64,000 nt of DNA from Chlorobiota bacterium. Lineage in GTDB: Bacteria > Bacteroidota > Ignavibacteria > OLB7. Positions 9,940 to 19,660 of the stretch are shown here, piece by piece (the stretch's first letter is position 1; every line of letters begins with the position of its first letter). A program made the position numbers and the translations under genes. The DNA is taken from the NCBI GenBank assembly GCA_021296135.1, contig JAGWAZ010000018.1:31808-95807 (forward strand). The letters run 5' to 3'. The notes beneath the pieces were generated by a model. That model ran no database searches and had not been told where the DNA came from. It was given only the letters and a program-made list of their open reading frames with translations.

Positions 9940-11157
9940 TCAAATAAGTTTCACTCGTACAGGCTCTCCAGGCCCGACGTGCTGCGTCTCTTCATCGATG
10001 AGAATAAAACAGTTTGCCTTGCTCATCGAACTCATTGCACCGCTCGACTGCGTTCCGGTTATCGAGACAGTCGGATTGCCATCTTCGCTGAACTGCAGAA
10101 CACCACGCATAAAATGGCGTTTGTTGTCCTTCTTTGTAATCTCATCTTCAAGTAGCGCGGTCATACCATCCCCTTCAGTCTTTTCTCCAAGCATCGACGT
10201 AATTGCAGGTACTGCAAACACCTGGAACGTGACGAGTGACGAGACCGGATTGCCCGGCAGACCAAAAACTAATGTTTTACGTTCTCCCTCTTGCCGGAGA
10301 CCAAAAAGAACCGGTTTCCCCGGCTTGATGTTTGCTTTATGGAATCGGACCTTTACACCCAGTTCCGGTAGCAAAGTCTGTAGAAGATCGTAGTCTCCGG
10401 CTGAGACGCCACCTGTGGTCAGCAGTAGGTCATATTGCAGTCCGGTCTCCAGGCTATCAAGAAGCTCGTTCCGGTCGTCCTCTGCAATGCCGAGATCAAT
10501 CGGTTCAGCTCCGGCCCGAACGCAAGCGGCATAGAGCGCCGGTCCGTTGCTGTTCCGTAGCTGTCCCGGTTCTGGCTTTCTATGTGGTTCTATGACTTCG
10601 TTTCCAGTGGCGAGGATACCGACTTTTGGCTTTATCCGAACGGGAACATTCGTGATTCCAAGCGATGCCAGAACACCTATATCGCCTGGCTGAAGACGTT
10701 TTCCCACGGGTATAATTTCCTCTCCAATCTTTATGTCTTCTCCAGCCAAACGTATCGATGAACCGACTGAAACGCTCCGAAGCACATGAACGGTATCCTC
10801 CTTCTCCTCTGTCGATTCCACCTCCACCACAGCATTGGCTCCATCCGGAACAATCCCACCGGTCATGATACGAACGGCTGTTCCGGGCTCAACGCTCCCT
10901 TGAAAAGGTGCACCGGCCGGGGCTTCCCCGATTACCCGAAGTCGGGCAGGTGATTTTTGCGATGCAGCTCGGGTATCCTCTGATAGAACTGCATAGCCGT
11001 CCATTGCCGAGTTGTTATATGCGGGAATCTGTTCGGTAGCAACGATGCCTTCAGCCACTGTTCGGCCCAGCGAGAGAACAAGAGGTACTCTTTCCGAGGG
11101 CAGGGGAGTGATGACCTCATCAAGGATAGTCTGTAAGGCTTCAGAGTATGATATCAT
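9940..11157 (-). CDS. moeA: molybdopterin molybdotransferase MoeA
   Basis: MoeA N-terminal and MoCF-binding domains (TTGGVSAGDYD, GLPGNPVSS). Start placed at MISYSEALQTILDEV; track ORF extends to 11235. Confidence 0.8.
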   Translation of the reverse strand: MISYSEALQTILDEVITPLPSERVPLVLSLGRTVAEGIVATEQIPAYNNSAMDGYAVLSEDTRAASQKSPARLRVIGEAPAGAPFQGSVEPGTAVRIMTGGIVPDGANAVVEVESTEEKEDTVHVLRSVSVGSSIRLAGEDIKIGEEIIPVGKRLQPGDIGVLASLGITNVPVRIKPKVGILATGNEVIEPHRKPEPGQLRNSNGPALYAACVRAGAEPIDLGIAEDDRNELLDSLETGLQYDLLLTTGGVSAGDYDLLQTLLPELGVKVRFHKANIKPGKPVLFGLRQEGERKTLVFGLPGNPVSSLVTFQVFAVPAITSMLGEKTEGDGMTALLEDEITKKDNKRHFMRGVLQFSEDGNPTVSITGTQSSGAMSSMSKANCFILIDEETQHVGPGEPVRVKLI

Positions 11158-11277
11158 AACACAATTCTGCTCAAAAACACCGTCAAAAGAGAAAAGATAC
11201 GATGAGAGAGAGTAAGTAGAGATGGGTGGAGCCAATGAAACCGAGATTTCGCCTATTTTCCTGCTTTATCACTTTTT

Positions 11278-11811
11278 TTGGAATCACGATGTATGAACTA
11301 TATGAACTTTCAAGTAGTTGAGGCTGATTTTAGTAATCAAGATCATTGCGAGGCAATTCCAACCTTGATCGATGACTACGCTCGCGATCCAGTGGGCCGA
11401 GGAGAAGGGCTGCAGAAGGAGATCCTTGAGAGGATTGTGCCGGGCTTAGCGGCACATCCGTCGGCCCTTGTTTTGTTAGCGTACGATGGTGATCGACCCG
11501 TAGGCATTGCCAACTGCTTCGTCGGGTTTTCGACATTTGCTGCGCGACCCCTAATCAATGTGCATGACCTCGCGGTGATTATGGAATATCGTGGTCAGGG
11601 AATTGGGGAAAAGCTCCTTAGGTCGGTCGAAACGAAAGCGAACGAGCTCGGTTGCTGCAAGTTAACGTTGGAAGTACGCGAAGATAACAGGGCACGACGT
11701 CTCTACGAACGATTCGGGTTTGGAGATTTTTCAACCGCAGAAGAAGGGACAAAGACAATCTTTTTGGAGAAGAAGTTGGGGGGACGTAGAAGTTGTTTGA
11801 TAGAGCCTTGA
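11278..11811 (+). CDS. GNAT family N-acetyltransferase
   Basis: RGQGIGEKLLRSVETKANELGCCKLTLEVREDNRARRLYERFGF acetyl-CoA binding motif; start could be 11293. Confidence 0.7.
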   Translation: MESRCMNYMNFQVVEADFSNQDHCEAIPTLIDDYARDPVGRGEGLQKEILERIVPGLAAHPSALVLLAYDGDRPVGIANCFVGFSTFAARPLINVHDLAVIMEYRGQGIGEKLLRSVETKANELGCCKLTLEVREDNRARRLYERFGFGDFSTAEEGTKTIFLEKKLGGRRSCLIEP

Positions 11812-12278
11812 ACAAAAGGAGAGGGGAATAATTGGCCACCGTACAACAGTATAACATACGCATCCCCGCCTCGGCCTCTCCTGAATGATAGGCTCCCTGA
11901 ACCCGAATATGTCGTGATGCCTCCAGGGAACAATGGATTGTTGTGGTGTTACGTACTGTTACTATCGATTGTTTTTTTAAGAATTTTCTGGCATATATTA
12001 CCCTTGCTCTTGCTCTGTTTGTGTTTGATATTATGAAGATAATGTATAATAGTATGTACGGGCCACGGGCCACAAAAAGCACCACGCCGTGGGGCGTGGC
12101 ACTTTACCTGAGTCTACTCCATCTCAAGTCTCCTTAACATACCAACATGCCCAAAAGTGCAGAGCCCCACCTGCGCACTTCTCAACGAAAATCGGAAAAA
12201 ACCTCCGCTCTTTGCTGAAGCGTGAGGTGTTACACGTTAAAAACTTTCATTTTATCTGAAATTCACGACATCTCATTC

Positions 12279-12356
12279 GATGTTCGTGGGGAATGAGAGG
12301 CCCAATCCCAATGTTCTGATGTTCGTACTGGAATGAGGGGCTCCAATTCCAACATT
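12279..12356. promoter_or_regulatory. Two tandem ~38-bp imperfect direct repeats (gatgttcgtgGGGAATGAGaGGccCAATcCCAA / gatgttcgtactGGAATGAGGGGctCCAATTCCAA) 37 bp upstream of a small secreted-protein gene
   Basis: Read directly: each unit has an internal inverted motif (GGAAT...ATTCC); position relative to start codon 12394 suggests operator/leader element. Confidence 0.35.
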
Positions 12357-12393
12357 ACAATAACCAAAAAACCAAATCATAAGGAGTTCTATT

Positions 12394-12789
12394 ATGACAA
12401 CTTCAGTCAAATTTATCGTGAGCTTTGTAGTGCTCGTCTTCGTTTCGATGAGCCTCTATGCAAAAACAATTACCATAACAAGAAGTGGTGGTGGCCCAAA
12501 TGGATTTTTGAATGTCAATGAAACTCATGAGGATAACCCATGGCCTCTAGCGGACGCATCTACACTTGACTGTACTGGATCTGGCTACAGCGCTTGCGAG
12601 TGGATGTACCCGCCGAAGATTTCAGCCATTCCGCAGGTCGAGGATGAGATTGATGCCGGTAATTATAGCGGCATGTTGGAGTTTACCCATCGAGGAGGTG
12701 AAGTCAGCGTTGTTGTGTGGGAGGGGACCGGTCCTTATGACGTCCTCATTGAAGAGACCATAACACTTCCAGATTCAGTAGTGGAGTAA
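12394..12789 (+). CDS. small secreted Cys-containing protein (131 aa)
   Basis: Signal peptide MTTSVKFIVSFVVLVFVSMSLYA; mature part has CTGSGYSACEW. Confidence 0.45.
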   Translation: MTTSVKFIVSFVVLVFVSMSLYAKTITITRSGGGPNGFLNVNETHEDNPWPLADASTLDCTGSGYSACEWMYPPKISAIPQVEDEIDAGNYSGMLEFTHRGGEVSVVVWEGTGPYDVLIEETITLPDSVVE

Positions 12790-12821
12790 GGGATGTTCAC
12801 GTCATTCGTGGAGAATATTCT

Positions 12822-14150
12822 ATGAAAAGGCCTCCTTATAGCGAACGCCCCCTCTACGGGGCGTTCGCTATCGTTCTTCTTTCAACAGTTATGCTGTTGA
12901 GCTGCACAACCAAATCTTCTCTTGAGCGAACCACTCTGCCCACAATACAATCCTGGTTCTCTCTCGATACAATTCTCCCCTTGATAGATAATGCCGAGCT
13001 TGTAGATAGGTATACCGTTGTCGAGCTGACAGATTCTCTATGTTTTCTCTACTACTCTGGGTTGCGGATTAGTGATTCGGTCATGGGGGTTCTGCGAATT
13101 GTTCTCGATCAACCAGATACTCGGGACACTCTCTGGTTTGAAATTCCAGGCAACATCAGAGATACGTATTTTTTTGTGAAAGACATTACCGTAGATGCCT
13201 CGGCTATGGGTATCCTGGTGTCTGATCATCTCCTTGTATACGATCTCCAGAGCCTCGGTCAGGAGAACGTGTCCGGCTCTTCGGTCATCCCTGTATGGCG
13301 AAGCGTTCCGTTAGATGATTTCTACTACCAGATACAGGCTTCCGGAGATGCTTTTGTCATGCATGAGTGCGCAGTGAGCAGTACTCTAAGAATTGGTGAC
13401 TATACTGGGATGCGATTATACAGGCCCAAAGAGGACACATTATTCGACCATATCGTATTGCCAAACCCTGAAGGGGTTGAGTATACCCTCTTTAGGCCAC
13501 GAAGCGTTATTGCTGTGTGGGATCAGATGGTTGTGGTTTCAGATATCACGCAGTATAGGGTCAAGCTGTACGATCTCTCCGGAGCAGAAAGGGGAGTTAT
13601 TCAGCGAGAGGTTCCTGGTTGGATTGCCGTTGATATAGAGAAACGTGGCACGATTGATCCTGAGGAGCTCTCTCCGCTTAGCCCTAAGAACAGAATGTCT
13701 ATACGCCAGTATATCGATACCCTACGCCCTACAGCATACTCTACAAGCAACATTCGGCGCGTAGACTTCCTGAACGATTCTACGTTGCTGGTAACATATT
13801 TCAATGGGAAGACGGCAGAGAAAGGGCTACTAAAAGGCAGAGCACTAATAGAGTATGATATCTGGAGGAGACGGAACAATAGGTGGGAGTTGCTTGCTGG
13901 CGATATCCCCGATTTTTCGTCCGATCTGGATAGTAATCTTAGTATCGAACGCATGCTCCCGCTCAGATATGGATTCAAAAGGGGTGGTCTCCCCAATGTC
14001 CTCTATAGGATACAGGAGTACGTGCCTCTTCAGACATTCGATATAAAATACTCGGAATTACCCTCTATAATGGAACAGTACTTGATAGAACATGGAAAGT
14101 TATATCACTCTCTATTTCTCTATTCGTTCAAAGAACCATCGATGCCATAA
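12822..14150 (+). CDS. lipoprotein, possible NHL-like beta-propeller (442 aa)
   Basis: Lipoprotein signal (LLSC); repeated segments resembling NHL blades (GILVSDHLLVYDLQS, MVVVSDITQYRVKLYDLSG). Confidence 0.45.
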   Translation: MKRPPYSERPLYGAFAIVLLSTVMLLSCTTKSSLERTTLPTIQSWFSLDTILPLIDNAELVDRYTVVELTDSLCFLYYSGLRISDSVMGVLRIVLDQPDTRDTLWFEIPGNIRDTYFFVKDITVDASAMGILVSDHLLVYDLQSLGQENVSGSSVIPVWRSVPLDDFYYQIQASGDAFVMHECAVSSTLRIGDYTGMRLYRPKEDTLFDHIVLPNPEGVEYTLFRPRSVIAVWDQMVVVSDITQYRVKLYDLSGAERGVIQREVPGWIAVDIEKRGTIDPEELSPLSPKNRMSIRQYIDTLRPTAYSTSNIRRVDFLNDSTLLVTYFNGKTAEKGLLKGRALIEYDIWRRRNNRWELLAGDIPDFSSDLDSNLSIERMLPLRYGFKRGGLPNVLYRIQEYVPLQTFDIKYSELPSIMEQYLIEHGKLYHSLFLYSFKEPSMP

Positions 14151-14165
14151 TGACAATAGTTCATC

Positions 14166-14732
14166 ATGACAATGTTTATTCTCTATCTTCTCTTATCGTT
14201 GCTTATCGTTGGGTGTAATAGTTCTGGGCAACAGACCGAGGGTCAATCATCGTATTTATCTCAAGAGTCATCATTGGAGCAATTATACACTTCGGATTCA
14301 TCAACATTTGCCGTTCTGGTAAACGCGTATGCATGTCATAGCTGTTTTCTTGTACTTGACAAAGCTTTAGATAGGCTACATGAGACCTACGCGCCGGTCA
14401 GATTTGTTGGAATAGCTCGGTCTGGACCTGATGCGGTATCAAAACATCGAGCATTCACGGGTGCAAAGAGAGTGTTGCCTCATGCCGAGGGAATTTTTCT
14501 GGATGTAAACACATCGGGTAAGCCAGACCCATGGCCTCCAATCGGTCTGAAGAACGGATTGTTTGGGAAATACTCAGTGGTCAAGACCCCTGCTCTATTG
14601 TTCATCCGTCAAGGGAATGTCGAGGTTGTGTTACGATACAGTGACCTTTTTCGGAAAGATGTGGTTGATTTACAATCTTCTATAGAGGAGAATGCTATGC
14701 GTTTAGATAGCCTTTTACGATTAAAGAGTTGA
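14166..14732 (+). CDS. thioredoxin-fold (TlpA/redoxin-like) lipoprotein with CHSC motif
   Basis: Lipoprotein signal LLIVGC; FAVLVNAYACHSCF resembles WCxxC redoxin active-site context; cis-Pro-like KTPALLF. Confidence 0.45.
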   Translation: MTMFILYLLLSLLIVGCNSSGQQTEGQSSYLSQESSLEQLYTSDSSTFAVLVNAYACHSCFLVLDKALDRLHETYAPVRFVGIARSGPDAVSKHRAFTGAKRVLPHAEGIFLDVNTSGKPDPWPPIGLKNGLFGKYSVVKTPALLFIRQGNVEVVLRYSDLFRKDVVDLQSSIEENAMRLDSLLRLKS

Positions 14733-14869
14733 ATGTAGAGATACCCAACCGTTGGTAGTGGATTATTAAGGCAGGTAATGTGTTTAAGGATGATAGATTA
14801 TTATGGCTATGTTCTCAACAAGATCCAAAGCTCTATATGGTTCTATTTGTGCAAAGCTCCTTGCGCAGT

Positions 14870-14935
14870 AATGCGTCATCCTGAGCTTCGAGTGTCACCC
14901 TTCGACAGGCTCAGGGTGACAGGCTGAGTCGATTC
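14870..14935. repeat. Complex palindromic element (GTCATCCTGAGC...TGTCACCC...GCTCAGGGTGACA) followed by T-rich tract, between convergent genes; candidate bidirectional terminator
   Basis: Inverted repeats read directly; both upstream arms can pair with the same downstream arm. Confidence 0.35.
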
Positions 14936-15075
14936 GTTATTTCTGTTGTTTGTTTCGTATCGTTCGTGTTGGTTTTATGAAGATTCGGTTGTTACTAAGA
15001 GTCCATAACGCTAAAGATATATATCTCTTTCATATCTTTATTAGAGCTTAGCCATTATTATCTATCTCTGCAAAC

Positions 15076-16210
15076 TCAGCCCTTTTCTACACGCCACAAA
15101 TTCAGAATTCCAATGAGAAGAAAGAGGCCGTTTGCCAACCATGCTGTGAAGACCGGGGGGACATCGGCCGTGAAGCTGAGAGTTTTGCTGACTTCGGTGA
15201 AGATCAGGTAGATAGCGCTTATCAAAGCGGTAAGCGCCATTGGAATTGCCGCGCCTCCCTTACGTTGCGCCGTTGTGAACGGAATACCAAAGAAGACAAC
15301 GAAACTTTGAATGATAGTCGATCAGAAGCGACCGTACATCTCTTCCTCCTCTTTCTTCACGTTGGATCTTTCCCTGAAGTTCTGTCAGGGTCAACTCATC
15401 CGAACTCTGTTGCGAGAGACGCAATTGTTCAGGAGTGATCGGTAGTCCCTTGATCTCACGTCTATCGAACGGTGTTGCGGCAACCTGTTCCGGATCACGC
15501 ATGTTCCTGGCGATACCCCTTATCATTGTCCATACTCCGGTAACCGAGTCATACTCCATCGACTTTGCGTCGATGCGTTCAACGATGGCAAGAGTGTAGA
15601 GTGAGTCCCGTCCTGTGACGACCGTTCTCTCATCAATGGTTTCAGTTCGTGGCACAAGAAGAAGGGCCGCCGAGTCCATTCGTTCAAGACTGACAATCCT
15701 TGCAGTGTTGTTCTTCGTGTCAAAATAATCCATCTGCAGTGTGAGGGTAGGGGAGACGCGAAGCAGGAGATTGCTGACTCCACCGACAATGTTCCTCCCA
15801 AGATACTGCCGATCGATTTCGAACCGCTTTGCGTTTATTTCGGGGACAAACCAGCCATTAAACCAGATCATTCCGCCCCCGACAAGGAAGCCAAAGATGA
15901 GTAGAGGAAGGGCAATACGTCTCATGCCAAATCCCGCAGAGCGAAGTGCTGTCAGCTCATGTGTTGAATCGAGACGACTGAACGTAAAAAGAGCAGCAAG
16001 GAGCATCGCAATCGGAGCAATTAATTTGATGATTTCGGGAAAGAAATAGAGGTAATAGAGGAGAATTGCTTTGAAGGGAACGTTTCTGTCGCTAAAATCG
16101 TCCAGACTTTCAATCAGATCGACGACTACATAGATCGTGATGAACGCAAGCAGACCAAAGAGGAAGGTCTGGATAAACTGACGAAGGATATAGCGATCAG
16201 CGCGTGTCAT
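15076..16210 (-). pseudogene. LptF/LptG-family LPS export permease (YjgP/YjgQ) interrupted by a +/-1 frameshift near 15295-15320
   Basis: ORF 15260-16210 encodes the N-terminal TM helices plus periplasmic domain and ends abruptly (..LLIDYHSKFRCLLWYSVHNGAT*). An alternate frame continues as a canonical C-terminus (VVFFGIPFTTAQRKGGAAIPMALTALISAIYLIFTEVSKTLSFTADVPPVFTAWLANGLFLLIGILNLWRVEKG*) to a stop at 15076. Confidence 0.7.
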
Positions 16211-16285
16211 CTTTGAAAGAATTCAAAATGAAAAAAGAGGATCATTGCTCGGAGATATCTTTCTCCTTTTTTGAATTTTGCGGTT

Positions 16286-17158
16286 CTAATTTATCATTGA
16301 TCCCTTAGCTATTGAATATCCCCCGGCAACCCCGGATCCAATCAAGCCAAGCAGACCACCAAGAAACGGAAACCCTATCAATCCTGGGATGATATACTCC
16401 GTGTTGATTTGGCGGCTCAGTACTGGTAGCAACTGGCCTATGCTGTATAGCCCTCCTGCGGCAATGGCTCCACCGATAAGCCCGATCAGAAATCCCTGAA
16501 GGACAAAAGGCGCAATAATCCATCGTCGCTCCGCACCAAGGAGTTGCATGGTCCGAATCATTGACCGGCGTGTCACGACTGTCAATTGCGCTGTCACGGC
16601 TACAATGCCGATAACGCCGAGGAGCAACAGAATGCCGAGAAGCAAAGCAATGCGGGAGAACAGGATCAATCGTTCTTCTACGGTCTTCAACAGATCACTT
16701 GCAAAGGCAACGTCTTCGATGCTCTTCATCTTCATGAGCCCGGATCGGATAGACTCCACCTGGCTTGTTGTGCGTGATTCTTTCCGTAGATCGACCCTGA
16801 TGGTTGTCGGTAGTGGCAGGATGCCTCCGGTAACACTGGTATCGAGACGAATTGCATCCCCAAATAACTCCGCTCCTTCTTCGGGAGTTCGTACTCGGGT
16901 CGAAAGGACTTCGGGGAGTCGAGCGATTTCCCTGGCCGTCTCCTCTGCTTGGTTGTTTGAAAGGCTATCTACGAGGAAAACTTCGACGACTGCGGAGGCG
17001 CGGGCACGATCAAGTTCTGCCCGGTATCCGAATACAATCAGGAGGAAGCCACCAACAATGGCAAGAGAGACTCCGGTCAGAAGAGCTCCAATGATCGACG
17101 CGCCTGCAACACGACGAATGGAGGCAAATCCTTCCGAGACCATAAAGCCGATTGTCAT
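16286..17158 (-). CDS. ftsX: cell division protein FtsX-like permease
   Basis: 290 aa, N-terminal TM, large periplasmic loop, three C-terminal TM helices; typical FtsX topology. Confidence 0.6.
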   Translation of the reverse strand: MTIGFMVSEGFASIRRVAGASIIGALLTGVSLAIVGGFLLIVFGYRAELDRARASAVVEVFLVDSLSNNQAEETAREIARLPEVLSTRVRTPEEGAELFGDAIRLDTSVTGGILPLPTTIRVDLRKESRTTSQVESIRSGLMKMKSIEDVAFASDLLKTVEERLILFSRIALLLGILLLLGVIGIVAVTAQLTVVTRRSMIRTMQLLGAERRWIIAPFVLQGFLIGLIGGAIAAGGLYSIGQLLPVLSRQINTEYIIPGLIGFPFLGGLLGLIGSGVAGGYSIAKGSMIN

Positions 17159-17967
17159 GATTCCGTATTCGATGACAGAGAAACAGTTTCGGAATGCCTT
17201 TCCTGCAGGTCGAGTTTCCAGGTGCGAAGTTCACCAAGCATTGCCTCATCGGTCAACCGATAGTGAATCGGAGTCACCGAGACAAAGCCGTTGTTTACTA
17301 CATGGTCATCACTTTCCTGGCCAACCAATACGTAATCGCCATGTAGCCAGAAGTAGTTCCTTTCTATTGGATCGGTCCGTTCATCGTAACGATCATTCCA
17401 ATAAGAATCGCCTTGTGGTACAACTTTAATTCCGCGAATCTCTTCGAACGGTATTGCAGGAACGTTTACGTTCAAAAGAACGCCTGGAGGCAGACTCCGT
17501 TCGAGAACATGCTGAGCAATATGGCTTGCGACTTTGGCTGCCCCCTGGAAGTCAGCCTCCGGGGAGAAGTCATCGAGCGATATGGCAATTGAGGGTATGC
17601 CTAACATTGTTCCCTCGGTTGCACCGGAAACAGTCCCTGAGTAGACCAGGGAAACGGCAGTGTTGCGTCCATGATTGATGCCGCTGACCAGTAGATCAGG
17701 TTTGCGGGGGAGGAGGTGGCACGTTGCCAGCTTTACACAATCGGCCGGTGTGCCGTTGACGGCCCAACCGAAAAACTCATCGTTGTGTTCATACCGTTCA
17801 ACACGGAGGGGAACAGAGACTGTCAGGGCATGACCGACAGCAGATTGTTGCGCGTTAGGGGCCACAACATCAACGTGGCCAATCTTTTCAAGCTCTGTAA
17901 CCAGAGCACGAATCCCTTTCGAGAAGATTCCATCGTCGTTTGAAACAAGTATTCGAGGCTGGACCAT
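17155..17967 (-). CDS. surE: 5'/3'-nucleotidase SurE
   Basis: ILVSNDDGIFSKGIRALVTELEKIGHVDVVAPNAQQSAVGHALT hallmark SurE N-terminus; 4-nt overlap with ftsX. Confidence 0.85.
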   Translation of the reverse strand: MVQPRILVSNDDGIFSKGIRALVTELEKIGHVDVVAPNAQQSAVGHALTVSVPLRVERYEHNDEFFGWAVNGTPADCVKLATCHLLPRKPDLLVSGINHGRNTAVSLVYSGTVSGATEGTMLGIPSIAISLDDFSPEADFQGAAKVASHIAQHVLERSLPPGVLLNVNVPAIPFEEIRGIKVVPQGDSYWNDRYDERTDPIERNYFWLHGDYVLVGQESDDHVVNNGFVSVTPIHYRLTDEAMLGELRTWKLDLQERHSETVSLSSNTES

Positions 17968-18058
17968 AGCATCTATGTAGTGGAGAAAACAAAATGGTAG
18001 CGATCAGGCACTGAGGCTGGCCGCTGCCGGAATATACGAATGATCCGAATCGACCGAT

Positions 18059-19435
18059 TCATCGAGTAAAGTCATTGTAGAAGAGATAGACCATAAAGAC
18101 GAGAAGAATCAGAAAACCGACCTGTTGTGCAGCGATGCGAACCTTCAAGGGAACTTCTCTTCGTATGATCCCTTCAATAAAAACAAAGACGAGATGACCG
18201 CCATCCAGAGCAGGGATTGGAAGGATGTTCAGGAAGGCGAGCATAACCGAGAGTGACGCCATCAAAGTTAGGAAGAGGACCGGACCGAGCACAAAGGTTT
18301 TCCCGGCCATATTGAAGATTTCGACCGGGCCTGCAATAGACTCCTTCAACTTCTGTTTTCCGGTGAAGAGATCACCGATCAGTCCGGTAATCAACGAAAG
18401 CTGCTTGCCGACATCCTTGAATCCACCACTAATAGCAGCAACAAAGCCGTACGTCCGTTGCGTTTTTGGTCCAACATATTCGGTCTTGATGTGAATTCCG
18501 AGCTTGCCATCCTCGTTGGGGGTTGCGGTCTTGGTCAGCCTCTCCCCACCCCGTAGTATCGTTAATAGAATACTCTCTTCCTTATGTCCCGAGACATAGG
18601 TTATAAATTCATCGGTTGAACTTATTCGTTGTCCATCAACGGATGTGACCAGATCGCCTATTTCTAGTCCGGCATTGTATGCCGCAGATGCTCCGAGCAC
18701 ACTCTCTATTTCAATACCGAGATTATCGGGAAGGAGGATCTCTCCTTCCTTGCTCGGGTTGGCAGGAATCTCTGATCGGGGGATTGAAATAGAGATTGGC
18801 ATTCCATCCCGTTCAATCTGGAACCTTAGGTCCTCTCCTGCCTGCGAAACATATATTTGATCACGAATCTCCTGGTAGTCATGTACACTGTCACCATTGA
18901 TGGCGATCACCTGATCTCCGGCTCGAAGGCCTGCGTCATAGGCTACTGCAGTTGCTCCCTTTTGTGGGAGAGGGCCAATAATGGTGGTGTTCCATATTTC
19001 ATCGCCATGAAAGAACTTCAGGCCGGCAAAGAGGACGATGGCAAGAAGGATGTTCATGATAACACCGGCTGAGAGGACAAAGGCTTTCTGAAGAGTGTTC
19101 TTGCTGCGAAATTCCCATGGTTCTGGTTCTTTCGTTGTAAACTCGGTCTCCATGCTCTCATCGATCATACCAAGAATTTTGACGTAACCACCGATAGGTA
19201 AAGCGGCGACACGATAGTCGGTATCTTCTCCCAGCTCGATATCGTCCGGCAACTTGCCGAAGGAAAATCCATTGATGCGGTTCCAGCCCATCACTCGCGG
19301 GCCAATACCGACAGCAAAAACCTCCGCACGCATTCCGGTCCATCGTGCAGCAAGAAAGTGACCCAGCTCATGAATGAAGACCAGAACACCGATCAGAATA
19401 AAAAAGGCTATGATCGTAATCAAAATCTCAGGCAT
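18059..19435 (-). CDS. rseP: RIP metalloprotease RseP (site-2 protease) with PDZ domains
   Basis: HELGHFLAAR zinc motif; two PDZ-like segments; C-terminal TM region. Confidence 0.85.
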   Translation of the reverse strand: MPEILITIIAFFILIGVLVFIHELGHFLAARWTGMRAEVFAVGIGPRVMGWNRINGFSFGKLPDDIELGEDTDYRVAALPIGGYVKILGMIDESMETEFTTKEPEPWEFRSKNTLQKAFVLSAGVIMNILLAIVLFAGLKFFHGDEIWNTTIIGPLPQKGATAVAYDAGLRAGDQVIAINGDSVHDYQEIRDQIYVSQAGEDLRFQIERDGMPISISIPRSEIPANPSKEGEILLPDNLGIEIESVLGASAAYNAGLEIGDLVTSVDGQRISSTDEFITYVSGHKEESILLTILRGGERLTKTATPNEDGKLGIHIKTEYVGPKTQRTYGFVAAISGGFKDVGKQLSLITGLIGDLFTGKQKLKESIAGPVEIFNMAGKTFVLGPVLFLTLMASLSVMLAFLNILPIPALDGGHLVFVFIEGIIRREVPLKVRIAAQQVGFLILLVFMVYLFYNDFTR

Positions 19436-19660
19436 TGTTTTTCTATCGTTGAAATCTTTGTTGTTAGCTAAAGAAGATAGTGGGTTACGTTACTCTTTTA
19501 GTTGTTGGTTCCAATGGTTTCGTAGTCCTATGGTTGTCAGAATAACCACGTTACTCTGGTTGTTGAACTATCAACCATCCAACCAAATCAACGAACGACT
19601 TAGGTTAGGTCATAGTTCTAAAACTGGGACAGTTTCTCTTTCGACCCATGACTCTTTGGC

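Noticed and set aside
11618-12085. 155-aa - strand ORF overlapping GNAT gene 3' end
   Set aside because: Overlaps a well-supported GNAT gene on the other strand and extends into an AT-rich intergenic region; no motifs
16548-17429. 293-aa + strand ORF
   Set aside because: Antisense to ftsX and surE, Arg/Ser-rich low complexity; the opposite-strand genes have clear family signatures
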